Assembly (NCBI GenBank): GCA_012295275.1
Contig: CM022668.1
Location: 14,508,001-14,572,000, forward strand
Length of the DNA: 64,000 nt
Direction: 5' to 3'
From: Chrysomallon squamiferum
Taxonomy: Eukaryota; Animalia; Mollusca
The notes beneath the pieces were generated by a model that was given only the letters and a program-made list of their open reading frames with translations, did not search any database and was not told where the DNA came from. This document shows, one piece after another, positions 44,907-59,017 of this stretch. Made by a program: the position numbers and the translations under genes. Position 1 is the stretch's first letter; each line of letters begins with the position of its first letter.

Positions 44907-47225
44907 GTAAGATTTTAAAATCTAGTTAAATAGTGAGAAATAATTAATTAATTAATTAAAAGTAATTAGGATCAACAAAATACTTATGTTGATAGAAAAA
45001 GTGTTAGTGGAATTTGTTTATTTCTTTCCGAATTTTAAATTTTATTTTATTATTTTTATTATATATATATAAAGCTCATAATGAAACATTTGACAATTCA
45101 TATATGAAATCTTTTTTCTCTTTTTCTTTCTCTTAGTGTTAAATGTTAATTCTATGTACACGGCAAACGTTTCATGCGCGTCAGTGAAATTGATAGGAAT
45201 CCTCTTCATACGAGAGACGCCAAGCATGCATTAAACTATATAAAAATAAATTATGAATTAATTTGTGAGAAATTGTATTTTTTTATTTTGTCAAAACTTT
45301 TACTAATAAAATGCAAGAAATCTTTCCAAACTTGTACATTTGTTTAAGTATTTGCTTATCACTGCTCAATACAAACTCGTCTTTTTCTGCTCTTAAACGC
45401 GATCCACTCCGAAAGATGAAAAGCTCAGTAATTTGTTATTAATGAGTGTAGAATACTTTTATTCTGGAAATTATATTTTAACAGTATTCTGGATCAGTCT
45501 GCTGAAAGATTAACCAGAATAATATTTACGTTCCTAGATACATATGTAGGCCTCTGTATCTTTTTAATTTACAACACAGTAACGGTATTTTGGAGTTGCT
45601 TTTCTTTATGCTAATTACAGGTGCTCTGATAAGATGGTATTATTCTCGTTATTACTCCAAAATTAATTCATTTGTAATATGATTGCAATAAATTGGACGA
45701 AACGAGAGTGTAAAATTCGGGATAGGGGCTTTGGCGAGTGTCAACAGGCAAAAAAGAAAGCTCGAAGGCTAAGGGCCGTACATTTGGTTAATATCTTACT
45801 GATAATATCTTACCAACCCTTTTCTCATGCAACAACGAGTACTGTGCTGTATTTGTCGTCAAGCGGCGAAATTAATTCTGTAGTGACCAGTCTTAATCGA
45901 ATTCAGTTTTGGGATTTTGTTAACTTGCGGTAAAGACAAAATATGGCTTTGTGAAAAATGGTTGAAATTCAATAAAATTGTAATAAACAAATTTATCAAT
46001 CAATTAATTAATTAAAAATAAATAAATCAGGAAGTATATTCATAGAATAATATATTAGATAAACAGATATTTGCAAGAGGACACGTTATCAAATGTCACT
46101 GAATTTATAAACAACTATTTATTTATTGTTGCTTTTAAAAGGGTTAGGCAGCACACTTCTGTCACTGAGATAAAATGTATTTCTCCGAACACTGCTTTTT
46201 GGTGCTAGGAACGTGACAAAGTAGCTGTTGATATTCACTTTGAGGACACCTCAAGTCCAAACCCTGTAAAACTAATTAAGGAGAAATACAGAATTAGTTT
46301 CTGGTAGCCCGTTGACGACAAATACAACACAGTAACATCCATTGCGCTGCACAGACTTCCTTTTACCACGAAATTATACAATATTATATTATGACATACA
46401 CTCGGTATCTGCTATTAATGCAGTTAGATTTTGTGTGTGAGGGACAGGGCGATCTATTTTATTAGTACTTTAGTTTCTTTATTTAATTTATTTGTTTGTC
46501 TATCTTGCGCCCACAGGGAGCAAGTGAGCGCGGAGGAACACACGCACAGACAAACAAACAAACACACACAGACACAAACACACACACACACACAAACAAA
46601 CACACACGAACATACATATAAACAAACGTAATGCATCCCCTTTGTCATATTCTTTGTACTAACACGCTGTTTCTGAGAAATACTGTGACGTCATGAATAG
46701 TAATGACTTGCCAACCGCTGTACTGAACAACAAAGATCAGTTTGTTGCATCTGTCATCAAGGAGACATGATAAACTATTTTTGTCCTGTATTGAAATTCG
46801 TATTGATTTGATAACGCTGTGTAAAACATAATATATAGATTCAACAAGACGTTTCAAATTTAATTAAATTGTAAGAAATAATAAAAAAAAAAGATTAATA
46901 ATAATATTTTAATGAAAATATGCAAATTCAACTAATGGAGTTTCCTTTCGTCTCCTTTGTTTGTGTTAGGTTTTAAATTTATTCTTTACCAATATTTCAT
47001 ACTGAAATATTTCGCATCATTTAAATGACAAAAAATTATCACTTGAATATTATTTGTGTTTTTTTATAAATTAAAATTACTTTAGGATCTCGTCACTGCA
47101 TTTATAAACAATTAAACAAAATATTCAGGTCTCATGTAAGAGTCAAACATAAACACGAGTTTCTTCTTATAATTTTCAGCGGATTGGCTTCATCATTGTT
47201 TTGTTTTATTTTATTTTATTTTATT

Positions 47226-47260
<35 letters not shown>

Positions 47261-48028
47261 TTATTATTATCTCTATTATATATATTTTTTATTTCCTAGA
47301 TATATTAGGTGTAATATATCAGTATTTACTAATATGTTTCTTAAACAAAACTCATGCAACAGCATGTACCTATTTTGTATTTCAAAATATATATTCAGAA
47401 TTACATCCATTTTAGTTTGTAACTAAATTTCTAATCTATTATAGAAAAAAAAAGTTATCATTTCTGTGTAACTAAATTACTGATGTATTCTTCAAACATA
47501 GAATAGTTCATTTCTATCTGACTAAAATACTGATTTTTTTTAAAGAAAAGGTGTTTGTTTCTAAATATTTACACCGTGTTGTCTTTTATTTATGGTTTCT
47601 ATGAATCAGTGTGCGCGTGTGTGTGTTCGTATGGTTTTTTTTTTGTATCAGATCTTCAAACTTATTCCTTTAGAACAAAACACGTTTCAGTATCCAAGTT
47701 ACTAAATTTCTCATGTATTTCTAAAACAGAGGGCGGCGTTCAACCATAATAAAAAGTCCATGTTAAATGTTCTGTATTTCATACTATATGTGGTTTGTAC
47801 ACGTTTGTCTGTATGTATGCTTGTTTGAAGAAATATACAGATCTAATACTGCTTTGATAAAATAACATGTTTATTACATCATTACCTTAGTTTAAAATTC
47901 AAAGTATTTATATCTGTTATGTCACACTCTGTTTGCTTGTTGTTATTTTCCATCTACATGACACATGATCAGGTAGTTCATAAAACTGTTAACTGATAAA
48001 GGAAAGTGAGTCATCAGAAATACGAGTT

Positions 48029-48205
48029 TTCGGGGAAACACGTTTTCCTCAGGAACGGAGCTGTTTGATCAATACTTATATAAAGCACCAACGAGTACTG
48101 TATTTGTCGTCCAGAGGCTATCACAAAGTAATTCTTTGGTGAACAGCTCCAGGTGAATTCAGTTTTGGGGTTTTATTGCCTTGGGAAAAGAAGATATGGC
48201 TTCGG
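48029..48205 (+). promoter_or_regulatory. Putative GIMAP promoter and first-exon cassette (intact)
   Basis: TGAGTCA at 48007 just upstream, TTCGGGGAA 48029, TATATAAA 48077, ATG GCT TCG G 48196-48205, GTAAGA. Confidence 0.65.
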
Positions 48206-50161
48206 GTAAGATTTTAAAATCTAGTTAAATAGTAAGAAATAAATTAATTAATTAATAAAAAGTAATTAGGATCAACAAAATACTTATGTTGATAAAAAGA
48301 GTTAGTGGAGATTGTTTACTTCTTTCTTAATTTTGAAATTTATTTTTAATTTTTATTATATATATAAAGCTCATAATGAAACATTTGACAATCATATATG
48401 AAACCTTTTTTCTCTTTTTCTTTCTCTTAGTGTTAAATGTTAATTCTATGTACACGGCAAACGCTTCATGCGCGTCAGTGAAATTGATAGGAATCCTGTT
48501 TATACGAGAAAAGCCATGGATGCTTTAAACTATATAAAAAATAAATTATGAATTAATTTGTGCGAAATTGTATTTTTTCAGTTATACAAACTTCTAATAA
48601 TAAAATGCAAGATGTACATTTGTTTAAGTATTTACTGATCACTGCTCAATACAAACTCGTCTTTTTCTGCTCTTAAACGCGATCCACTCCGAAAGATGAA
48701 AAGCTCAGTAATTTGTTATTAATGAGTGTAGAATACTTTTATTCTGGAAATTATATTTTAACAGTATTCTGGATCAGTCTGCTGAAAGATTAACCAGAAT
48801 AATATTTACGTTCCTAGATACATATGTAGGCCTCTGTATCTTTTTAATTTACAACACAGTAACGGTATTTTGGAGTTGCTTTTCTTTATGCTAATTACAG
48901 GTGCTCTGATAAGATGGTATTATTCTCGTTATTACTCCAAAATTAATTAATTTGTAATATGATTGCAATAAATTGGACGAAACGAGAGTGTAAAATTCGG
49001 GATAGGGGCTTTGGCGAGTGTCAACAGGCAAAAAAGAAAGCTCGAAGGCTAAGGGCCGTACATTGGGTTAATATCTTACTGATAATATCTTACCAACCCA
49101 TCTCTCAAACAAAAACGAGTACTGTGCTGTATTTGTCGTCAAGCGGCGAAATTAATTCTGTAGTGACCAGTCTTAATCGAATTCAGTTTTGGGATTTTGT
49201 TAACTTGCGGTAAAGACAAAATATGGCTTTGTGAAAAATGGTTGAAATTCAATAAAATTGTAACAAACAAATTTATCAATCAATTAATTAATTAAAAATA
49301 AATAAATCAGGAAGTATATTCATAGAATAATATATTAGATAAACAGATATTTGCAAGAGGACACGTTATCAAATGTCACTGCCTTTATAAACAACTATTT
49401 ATTTATTGTTGCTTTTAAAAGGGTTAGACAGCACACTTCTGTCACTGAGATAAAATGTATTTCTCCGAACACTGCTTTTTGGTGCTAGGAACGTGACAAA
49501 GTAGCTGTTGATATTCACTTTGAGGACACCTCAAGTCCAAACCCTGTAAAACTAATTAAGGAGAAATACAGAATTAGTTTCTGGCAGCCCGTTGACGACA
49601 AATACAACACAGTAACATCCATTGCGCTGCCCAGACTTCCTTTTACCACGAAATTATACAATATTATATTATGACATACACTCGGTATCTGCTATTAATG
49701 CAGTTAGATTTTGTGTGTGAGGGACAGGGCGATCTATTTTATTAGTACTTTAGTTTTTTTATTTAATTTTTCTGTTTGTCTATCTTGCGCCCACAGGGAG
49801 CAAGTGAGCGCGGAGGAACACACGCACAGACAAACAAACAAACACACACAGACACAAACACACACACACACACAAACAAACACACACGAACATACATATA
49901 AACAAACGTAATGCATCCCCTTTGTCATATTCTTTGTACTAACACGCTGTTTCTGAGAAATACTGCGATCTCATGAATAGTAATGACTTGCCAACCGCTG
50001 TACTGAACAACAAAGATCAGTTTGTTGCATCTGTCGTCAAGGAGACATGATAAACTATTTTTGTCCTGTATTGAAATTCGTATTGATTTGATAACGCTGT
50101 GTACAACATAATATATAGATTCAACAAGACGTTTCAAATTTAATTAAACTGTAAGAAATAA

Positions 50162-50192
<31 letters not shown>

Positions 50193-50511
50193 TTTTAATG
50201 AAAATATACAAATTCAACTAATGGAGTTTCCTTTCTTCTCCTTTGTTTGTGTTAGGTTTTAAATTTATTCTTTACCAATATTTCATACTGAAATATTTCG
50301 CATCATTTAAATGACAAAAAATTATCACTTGAATTTTATTTGTGTTTTTTTATAAACTAAAATTACTTTAGGATCTCGTCACTGCATTTATAATCAATTA
50401 AACAAAATATTCAGGTCTCATGTAAGAGTCAAACATAAACACGAGTTTCTTCTTATAATTTTCAGCGGATTGGCTTCATCATTGTTTTGTTTTATTTTAT
50501 TTTATTTTATT

Positions 50512-50586
<75 letters not shown>

Positions 50587-52830
50587 TTGGTTGATTGATT
50601 TATTATTATTATCACTATTATATTTATTTTATATTTCCTTGATATATTAGGTTTAATATATCAGTATTTACTAATATGTTTCTTTAACAAAACTCATGCA
50701 ACAGCATGTACCTATTTTGTATTTCAAAATATATATTCAGAATTACATCCATTTTAGTTTGTAACTAAATTTCTAATCTATTATAGAAAAAAAGAAGAAA
50801 AAAGTTATCATTTCTGTGTAACTAAATTACTGATGTATTCTTCAAACATAGAAAGTTCGTTTCTATCTGACTAAAATACTGATTTTTTTTTAAAGAAAAG
50901 GTGTTTGTTTCTAAATATTTATACCGTGTTGTCTTTTATTTATGGTTTCTATGAATCAGTGTGCGCGTGTGTGTGTTCGTATGGGTTTTTTTTGTATCTG
51001 ATCTTCAAACTTGTTCCTTTAGAACAAAACACGTTTCAGTATCCAAGTTACTAAATTACTCATGTATTTCTAAAACAGAGGGCGGCGTTCAACCATAATT
51101 AAAAGTCCACGTTAAATGTGCTCTATTTTATACTCTATATAGTTTCTATACATGTTTGTCTGTATGTATGCATGTTTGATGACATATGCAGATCTAATAT
51201 TGCTATGATAAAATAAAATTGTTATTACATCATTACCTTAGTTTAAAATCAACAATGTACACATGCATTCAAAGTATTTGTATCTGTTATGTCACACTCT
51301 GTTTGCTCGTTGTTATTTTCTTTAAACATTATACATGATCAGATAGTTAATGAAGCTGTTATCTTATATGGCAAAGTGGGTGGCTCATAACCACCTATTT
51401 TCGTGTAAATACGTTTTCCTCGGGAACAGAGCTGTTTTGTCAACCCTTATATAAAGCAACAACGAGTACACTTCTCTATTTGTCGTCAATCGGTTATTAA
51501 AAATCAATTCTGTGGTGAACTGTCCGAACTGAATTCAGTTTGGGGATTTTATTAACTTCGGGAAAATAAAAAACATGGCGTTTTGAATTTAATTAAATTG
51601 AAAAAATAAATTAATCAGTGAATTAACTAATAAAAAAAAAATAATTAGTAATCTCTATTTATAGAATAATATATTAAAGAAACAGATATTTGCAAGAGGG
51701 CAGGTAATCAAATGTCACTGAATTTATAAAGAACTAAACAAAATATTTACTTCACTTACACACACTGTATCGTCAGTCAGGTTTCATGTGACAGTCAAAC
51801 ATAAACACGAGTTTGTTCTTGTATTTTTCATTACCTTAGCATGCCGACTGTTTTACTTATTTTATTTTATTTTATATCATTTCATTTTATTTTATCATTT
51901 TTAATGTATATATTTATTTTTACTAATTACTTTTTAATTATTTTTGTTCTTTCTTTCTTTGTTTATTTATTTATTTTCACTATTATATTTTTTATACTTG
52001 TTTTATTTTTATTTTTGTATTTATATGCTTAACAGTTTAATACATCAGTATTAAATATTTAGTTTCTCAAAGAGAAATCATGGAACAGCATGTAACTATT
52101 TTCTCTTTCAAAATATACAGTATATACTCAGAATTACACCCGTTTCAGTTTATAACTGAATTACTGATGTATTTTTCAAACTGAGAAAGTTCATTTGTAT
52201 GTAACTAAAATGCTGATTTTTGTAAGAAAGGAAATTTGTTTCTATATATTTAAACTGTGTTATGTTTTATTTATGGTCTCTATACTTTCTATGAATCTGT
52301 GTGCGCGCGTGGGTGTTCGTATGTGTTTCTGTCTGTAAACGGCTATCAGAAACTAATAATGCGCTGAAAAATCCTAACCTACTTCAGTTTTGGGATTTTA
52401 TTGACGTTGTTTCATGTAAGACCTTATAAATATTATTAAAGTTTAATAAATAAATAAATAGAGAAAGAAATCAATACAAAAAGTCAATAAAATATATTTT
52501 AACATGATCAAAATCTCGTGTTTTGTAGTTTTGAAATGTATTGCATAATGAAATCTCGAATGACAGAATTAAAGATTTAATATTATATTTCTTTAGTTAT
52601 AAACAATAATTACTCTGGGATCTCATCATCATTATATAAAAGAGGTGGATCCATACAAATCGCTTTCTCGGACAATCATTACAAACTGGATATATTTAAA
52701 GATTATACACATACAGTCAGGCCGATAGATAGACAGAGCACAATGATGATGATAGTAATAATATTAACAACAGTGAAAATATCAAAATAATGACTTCGTT
52801 TCTACACAGAGTGTTTTTAATTTGTTTCAG

Positions 52831-53520
52831 ATTCCGACAGTGAAAGTGAACTGCGCATTGTTATGATTGGGATGGCTGCTTCAGGAAAAAGTGCGTCCGC
52901 TAACACCATCCTTGGAGAGAAACATTTTCAGACTAAAGCTGGTGCTAGAACCTGCAAGGCAGAACGAACAACTCGATTTGGTCAGGACATTCTCATCGTT
53001 GATACGCCAAGAGCATTCGACACCGGTCGTTCACAAGGAGAGATTAGGAAAGAAATCATGCAGAGAATCAAGATGAGTGATCCAGGACCACATGCTTTCA
53101 TCATGACTCTGCAGGCAAAGACGTTGACTCCAGAAGATGAAAAAACAATCCAATACTACGAGCAAGTATTTGGAGAAAAACTGTTTGATTACATGTGTCT
53201 CCTGTTCACCAGAATTGACGATCTTGAAGAGGACGATACAGATCTTGAAGAATTTGTAGATGAGGCACCAGAAAACCTAAAAGAATTAATCGACAGATGT
53301 GGAGGAAGATATGTCGGATTTAACAATCGCGAAAAAGACGAGGAAACGAAAGAAGAAATGGTTGAGCAGCTGATCGACATGATCAAATCCAATGTGCGAA
53401 AACATGGCGGTGAATATTATCAAATAGAAGCACAAGAAAAAGAAGAACGGAAACGGAAAGTAGGAATACAAAAACAAGGAAAAGAAAAGAAAAAAGTACT
53501 GGGAAAAAAGGAGAAAAAAG
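52831..53520 (+). CDS. GIMAP: GIMAP/AIG1-family GTPase exon, copy 1 (690 nt, phase 1-1)
   Basis: ELRIVMIGMAASGKSASANTILG, IVDTPRAFDT, PGPHAFI, LFTRIDDL, LIDRCGGRYVGFNN, coiled-coil tail; tttcag| acceptor and G|GTGAGT donor. Confidence 0.92.
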
Positions 53521-53611
53521 GTGAGTAGTTATAGTAGTTACAGACAGTAATAATAGGAAGTGTAGAAAGTAGTATTATTACATAAACAAAAATATCTGAA
53601 GTCGAAAAAAG

Positions 53612-53682
<71 letters not shown>

Positions 53683-53919
53683 TATTATAATTTAATTGTT
53701 TGGTTTTTATTTTTCCTTTTTGTTTTTCTTTTTCTTTGCATTTATATGTTTTACCAGTATTAAATAATAGGTCTCTCAAATAAAAATCATACAACAGCAT
53801 GTAACTATTTTGTCTTTCAAAATAAATATTCAGAATAGCATTCGTTTCAATCTGTAACTGAATTACTCATCTATTTTAGAAAAAAAAAAAAAGAGTTTAA
53901 CTTGGGGAAAAGATAAAAC

Positions 53920-53929
53920 ATGGGTTCGG
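53920..53929 (+). CDS. Putative GIMAP ATG micro-exon (ATG GGT TCG G|GTAAGA) upstream of copy 2, lacking its TATA region
   Basis: Homologous to the other cassettes and phase-compatible with the acceptor at 55213. Confidence 0.55.
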
Positions 53930-55212
53930 GTAAGACGTTTTAAATTTAATTAAATTGAAACAAATAAATAAATCAGTGAATTAATTAATAAACAAAAGAA
54001 ATTTAGTAAGCTGTATTTACAGAATAGTATATTAGAGAAAGAGATATTTGCAAGAGGACAGGTTATCAAATGTTACTGAATTTATAAAGAACTAAACAAA
54101 ATATTTACTTCACTTACACACGCTGTATCATCAGTCAGGTCTCATGTAACAGTCAAACATAAACACGAGTTTGTTCTTATATTTTTCACTAGCTTGGCAT
54201 GCCGACAGTTTTAGTTATTTTTGTTGTTGTTGTTTTTTGGGTTTTTTTATTTCTTTCCATTCTATTTTATTATTTTTTTATTGTATATATTTATTTTTAT
54301 TATTACTTTTTAATTATTTTTGTTCTTTCTTTATTTATTTATTTATTTATTTTCACTATTATATTTTTTATACTTGTTTTATTTTTATTTTTGTATTTAT
54401 ATGTTTAATACATCAGTATTAAATATTTAGTTTCTCAAACAGAAATCATGGAACAGCATGCAACTATTTTCTCTTTCAAAATATACAGTATATACTCAGA
54501 ATTACACCCGTTTCAGTTTATAACTGAATTACTTACGTATTTTTCAAACTGAGAAAGTTCATTTGTATGTAACTAAAATGCTGATTTTTGTAAGAAAGGA
54601 AATTTGTTCCTATATATTTAAACTGTGTTGTGTTTTATTTATACTCTCAATGGTTTCTATGAATCTGAGTGTGCGCGTGAGTGTTCGTATGTGTTTCTGT
54701 CTGCTGCAAACGGCTAAAACAAACTAATAATGCACTGAAAAATCTTATTAAGGTTACTTCATGTAAGACGTTATAAATATTATTAAATTTTAATAAATAA
54801 ATAAATAGAGAAAGAAATCAATAAAAGATATTTTAAAATAATCAAATTTCTCAACGTTAATCAAATTTAAAGGTTTTTAGTGAAGTTTCTTTTCTTCTTT
54901 TATAGTTTAGAAACTTATTGGATAATGAAATCTCAAATGACAGATTTAATAATTTACTATTATATTTCTTTAGTTTTAAACAATAATTACTCTGGGATCT
55001 GATCTTCATTATATAAAAAACGTTGACCCATACAAATTGCTTTCTGTCGACAATCATTACAAACAGGATATATTTAAAAATATACACAGAGAGACAGGCG
55101 GATACTTAGGTAGACAGATCACAATGATGATGATAATAATAATATTAACAGCAGTGAAAATAGCAAAAAAAACGCTGTCATTTCTACATAGAGTGTATTT
55201 AATTAGTTTCAG

Positions 55213-55896
55213 ATTCCGACACTGAAAGTGAACTGCGCATTGTCATGATTGGGAAGGCTGCTTCAGGAAAAAGTGCGTCCGCTAATACCATCCTAGGAGA
55301 GAAACGTTTTCAGACTAAACCTGGTGCTAGAACCTGCAAGGCAGAACGAACAACTCGATTTGGTCAGGACATTCTCATCGTTGATACACCAAGAGCATTC
55401 GACACCGGTCGTTCACAAGAAGAGATTACGAAAGAAATCATGCAGAGTATCAGGATGAGTGCTCCAGGACCACATTCTTTCATCATGGCTCTGCAGGCAA
55501 AGGGTTTCACACCAGAAGATGAAAAAACAATCCAATACTACGAGCAAGTATTTGGAGAAAAACTGTTTGATTACATGTGTCTCCTGTTCACCAGAATTGA
55601 CGATCTTGAAGAGGACGAAATAGATTTTGAAGAATTTCTAGATGAGGCACCAGAAAACCTAAAAGAATTAATCGACAGATGTGGACGAAGATACGTCGGA
55701 TTTAGCAATCGCGAAAGAGACGAGAAAAAGAAAGAAAAAATGGTTCAGCAGCTGATCGACATGATCAAATCCAGAGAACATGGCGGTGAATATTATCAAG
55801 CAGAAGCACAAGAAAAAGAAGAACGGAAATGGAAAGTAGGAATAAAGAAACAAGGAAAAGAAAAGAAAAAAGTACTGGGAAAAAAGGAGAAAAAAG
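55213..55896 (+). CDS. GIMAP: GIMAP/AIG1-family GTPase exon, copy 2 (684 nt, phase 1-1)
   Basis: GKAASGKSASANTILG, DTPRAFDT, PGPHSFI, LFTRIDDL; same splice sites as copy 1. Confidence 0.92.
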
Positions 55897-56998
55897 GTGA
55901 GTAGTTATAGTAGTTACAGACAGTAATAATAGGAATTGTAGAAAGCAGTAATAGTAGTTGTAGAGAAAGTAGCAATAGTAGTTGTAGAGAGTTGAATTAT
56001 TGATGTATTTTTCAAGCTGGGAAAGTTCGTTTCTATTTAATTAGAATACTGATTGATTTTCGAAAAAAGGGCGTTTATTTGCGTATATTTAATCTATGTT
56101 GTATTTGATGTATACTGTATGTGTTTGTATCTCCTGCATGTTAACTTGATATATCATAAAGCAATTCGTTCTCTCTATCATAAAACAGCAAACAGAAATT
56201 AACAGACTAATTAGATTACGTACAAAACTAGTCCGTCACGTCGAGAAGTAAAACGTGATAGTTAATAAACCAGTTAACCCACAGGAAACTAAATCAATAG
56301 TAAATTGCTATTTTCGGAGAAATATAAATATATATTTTTCCGGTGAAAGCTATGTTAAGAGCGACATTATCCCTAAAGCTGACTTGGTTGAAGCCTAGGG
56401 TCGACTAAGGGCAGGGAGCCATGTAGTTTTTCACTTACATATTTATTTGTTTATTTTGTTTTAAATGTTCAATGTTAATACTATGTAAAGTCAAATGCTT
56501 GATGCGCTTCACTGAAATTAATTTATCGGAATCCTCCTTGATACGAAAGACTCTATGGATGTGATAAACTATATAAAAAATAAATTATGAGTCAATTTAT
56601 ATGAAACTTTGATGTTTTATCACGAATGAGCAGAAACTGTGAGAGTCACCTCCCATTCTTTTTTAGTGAAGTTTCTTTTCTTCTTTTATAGTTTTGAAAC
56701 TTATGGGAAAATGAAATCTCAAATGACAGATTTAACAATTTACTATTATATTTCTTTAGTTTTAAACAATAATTACTCTGGGATCTCATCTTCATTATAT
56801 AAAAAACGTTGACCCATACAAATTGCTTTCTGTGGACAATCATTACAAACAGGATATATTTAAAATTATACACAGAGAGACAGGCGGATACTTAGGTAGA
56901 CATATCACAATGATGATGATAGTAATAATATTAACAGCAGTGAAAATATCAAAAAAAAAACGCTGTCATTTCTACAGAGTGTATTTAATTTGTTTCAG

Positions 56999-57679
56999 GT
57001 TCCGACACTGAAAGTGAACTGCGCATTGTCATGATTGGGATGACTGCTTCAGGAAAAAGTGCGTCCGCTAATACCATCCTAGGAGAGAAACGTTTTCAGA
57101 CTAAACCTGGTGCTACAACCTGGAAGGCAGAACGCAAAACTCGATTTGGTCACGACATTCTCATCGTTGATACACAAAGACCATTCGACACCGGTCGTTC
57201 ACAAGAAGAGATTACGAGAGAAATCATGCAATGTATAGTGATGAGTGCTCCAGGACCACATGCTTTCATCATGGCTCTGCAGGCAAAGAGTTTCACATCA
57301 GAAGATAAAAAAACAATTCAATACTACGAGCAAGTATTTGGAGAAAGAATATATGATTACTTGTTCCTCCTGTTCACCAGAATTGACGATCTTGAAGAGG
57401 ACGGAACAAATTTTCAAGAATTTCTAAATGAGGCACAACAAGAACTGAAAGAATTAATCGACAGATGTGGAGGAAGATATGTCGGATTTAACAATCGGGA
57501 AAGAGACGAGGAAACGAAAAAAGAAATGGTTGAGCAGCTGATCGACATGATCAAATCCAATGTGCGAGAACATGGCGGTAAATATTATCAAATAGAAGCA
57601 GCAGAAAAAGAAGAACGGAAACGTGAAGAAGAATTATTGAAAAAGAAAGAAAAAGAAAAGAAAGAAATGGAGAATAAAG
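56999..57679 (+). CDS. GIMAP: GIMAP/AIG1-family GTPase exon, copy 3 (681 nt, phase 1-1)
   Basis: GMTASGKSASANTILG, DTQRPFDT, PGPHAFI, LFTRIDDL, FNN; same splice sites. Confidence 0.92.
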
Positions 57680-58889
57680 GTGAGTAGTAATAGTAGTTAC
57701 AGACAGTACTAATAGAAACTGTAGAAGGTAGTGATAGTAGTTGCATAGAGACTAGTAATAATATTTTTAGAGAGAGATAGTAGTAATTGTACTTGTACAG
57801 ACAGTAGTAATAACAATTGTATAGAGAGCAGCAATAATAGTTGTAGAGAGAGTAGAAATAGTAGTTGAATAATTGATGTATTTTTGAAGCTGAGAAAGTT
57901 CGTTTCTATTTAATTAAAATAATGATTGATTTTTGAAAAAAGGGCGTTTGTTTGCATATATTTAATCCAAATTGTATTTTATGTGTACTGTATGTAGTTT
58001 GTATCAGTCTATATGTGGATGTGTATCTCCTGCATCTGAAGTTGATATAACATAAAATATTTTGTCCGTGCTATCATAAAACAGCAAATAGAAATTAACA
58101 AACTAATTACATATTTATTTGTTTATTCATTCTTTCATTTTCTTGTCTATTTTGCTTAAAATGTTCAATGCTAATACTATGTAAACGTCAAATGCTTGAT
58201 GCGCTTCACTGAAATTAATTTATCGGAATCCTCCTTGAGACGACAGACGCTATGGATGTAATAAACTATATAAAAAATAAATTATGAGTCAATTTATATG
58301 AAACTTTGATGTTTTATCACGAATGAGCCGAAACTTGGCGAGTCACCTCCCATTCTTAACTCTTCTGCTAGTTAAAGCTGTCAAGAATGAAACGCAAGAA
58401 ACTTTTCCAAACATGTACATTTGTTTACTTGTCATTTCTTGATACAAACAGTTGTGGAGAGAGGCCATTTTCTGCTCTTAAACGTATCAATAATTAACTG
58501 TGATCCACTCTGAAAGATGAGAAGGTCAATATTTTGATATTAATCCATGTAGAATCACCATGTAGAATCAACAAAATTGTATTTTATTTACACTCTCTAT
58601 GGTTTCTATGAATCTGTGTGTGTGTGTGTTCGTATGTGTTTCTGTCTGCTGCATGGTTCAAGAAACAGATAGATCTAATGTTCATATAATATATCCCTCT
58701 TTGATACGAGAGACGCTAAGGGTCCGTTAATCTGAAAGATGAAAAGCTCAGTAATTTTGCATTAAAAAATGTAGAATATTTTGTCGAAAGGAGAGCTTGA
58801 AATACCCGAGGAGATGCGTTGGTGGGGGGGGGGGATGTCGAGGGGCCCCCAAAAGCTGGAAGTCTAAAGGCCTACCTATGGCACTTGTA

Positions 58890-59017
58890 TCTTGCCAACC
58901 CTTGTCTCATGCAAGAAAGAGTATTATGCTGTATTTGTCGTCAAGCAGCTATCAGTCCTAACTGAATTCAATTTTGCGATTTTATTAATTTTGATAAAAG
59001 ATAAAATATGGCTTCGG
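58890..59017 (+). promoter_or_regulatory. Orphan first-exon cassette downstream of the last GIMAP exon
   Basis: ATG GCT TCG G 59008-59017 with GTAAGA; the TATA position is altered (cttgtctcatg). Confidence 0.5.

Larger units (their letters stand above)
31950..46110 (+). repeat. Segmental duplication of about 31950-37650 and 39630-46110 (offset about 7.7 kb; the second copy has about 0.8 kb extra near 43230-44030)
   Basis: Near-identical blocks: 32712/40391, 33694/41374, 33901/41582, 36465/44897. Confidence 0.9.
44370..51040 (+). repeat. Tandem ~3.3-kb duplication (about 44370-47690 and 47690-51040)
   Basis: Matching blocks 45679/48959, 46431/49711, 44897/48196. Confidence 0.9.

Noticed and set aside
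45679-45933. Duplicated 84-aa ORF (also 48959-49213)
   Set aside because: Part of the repeated non-coding cassette; the frame is not preserved in the copy near 37220.
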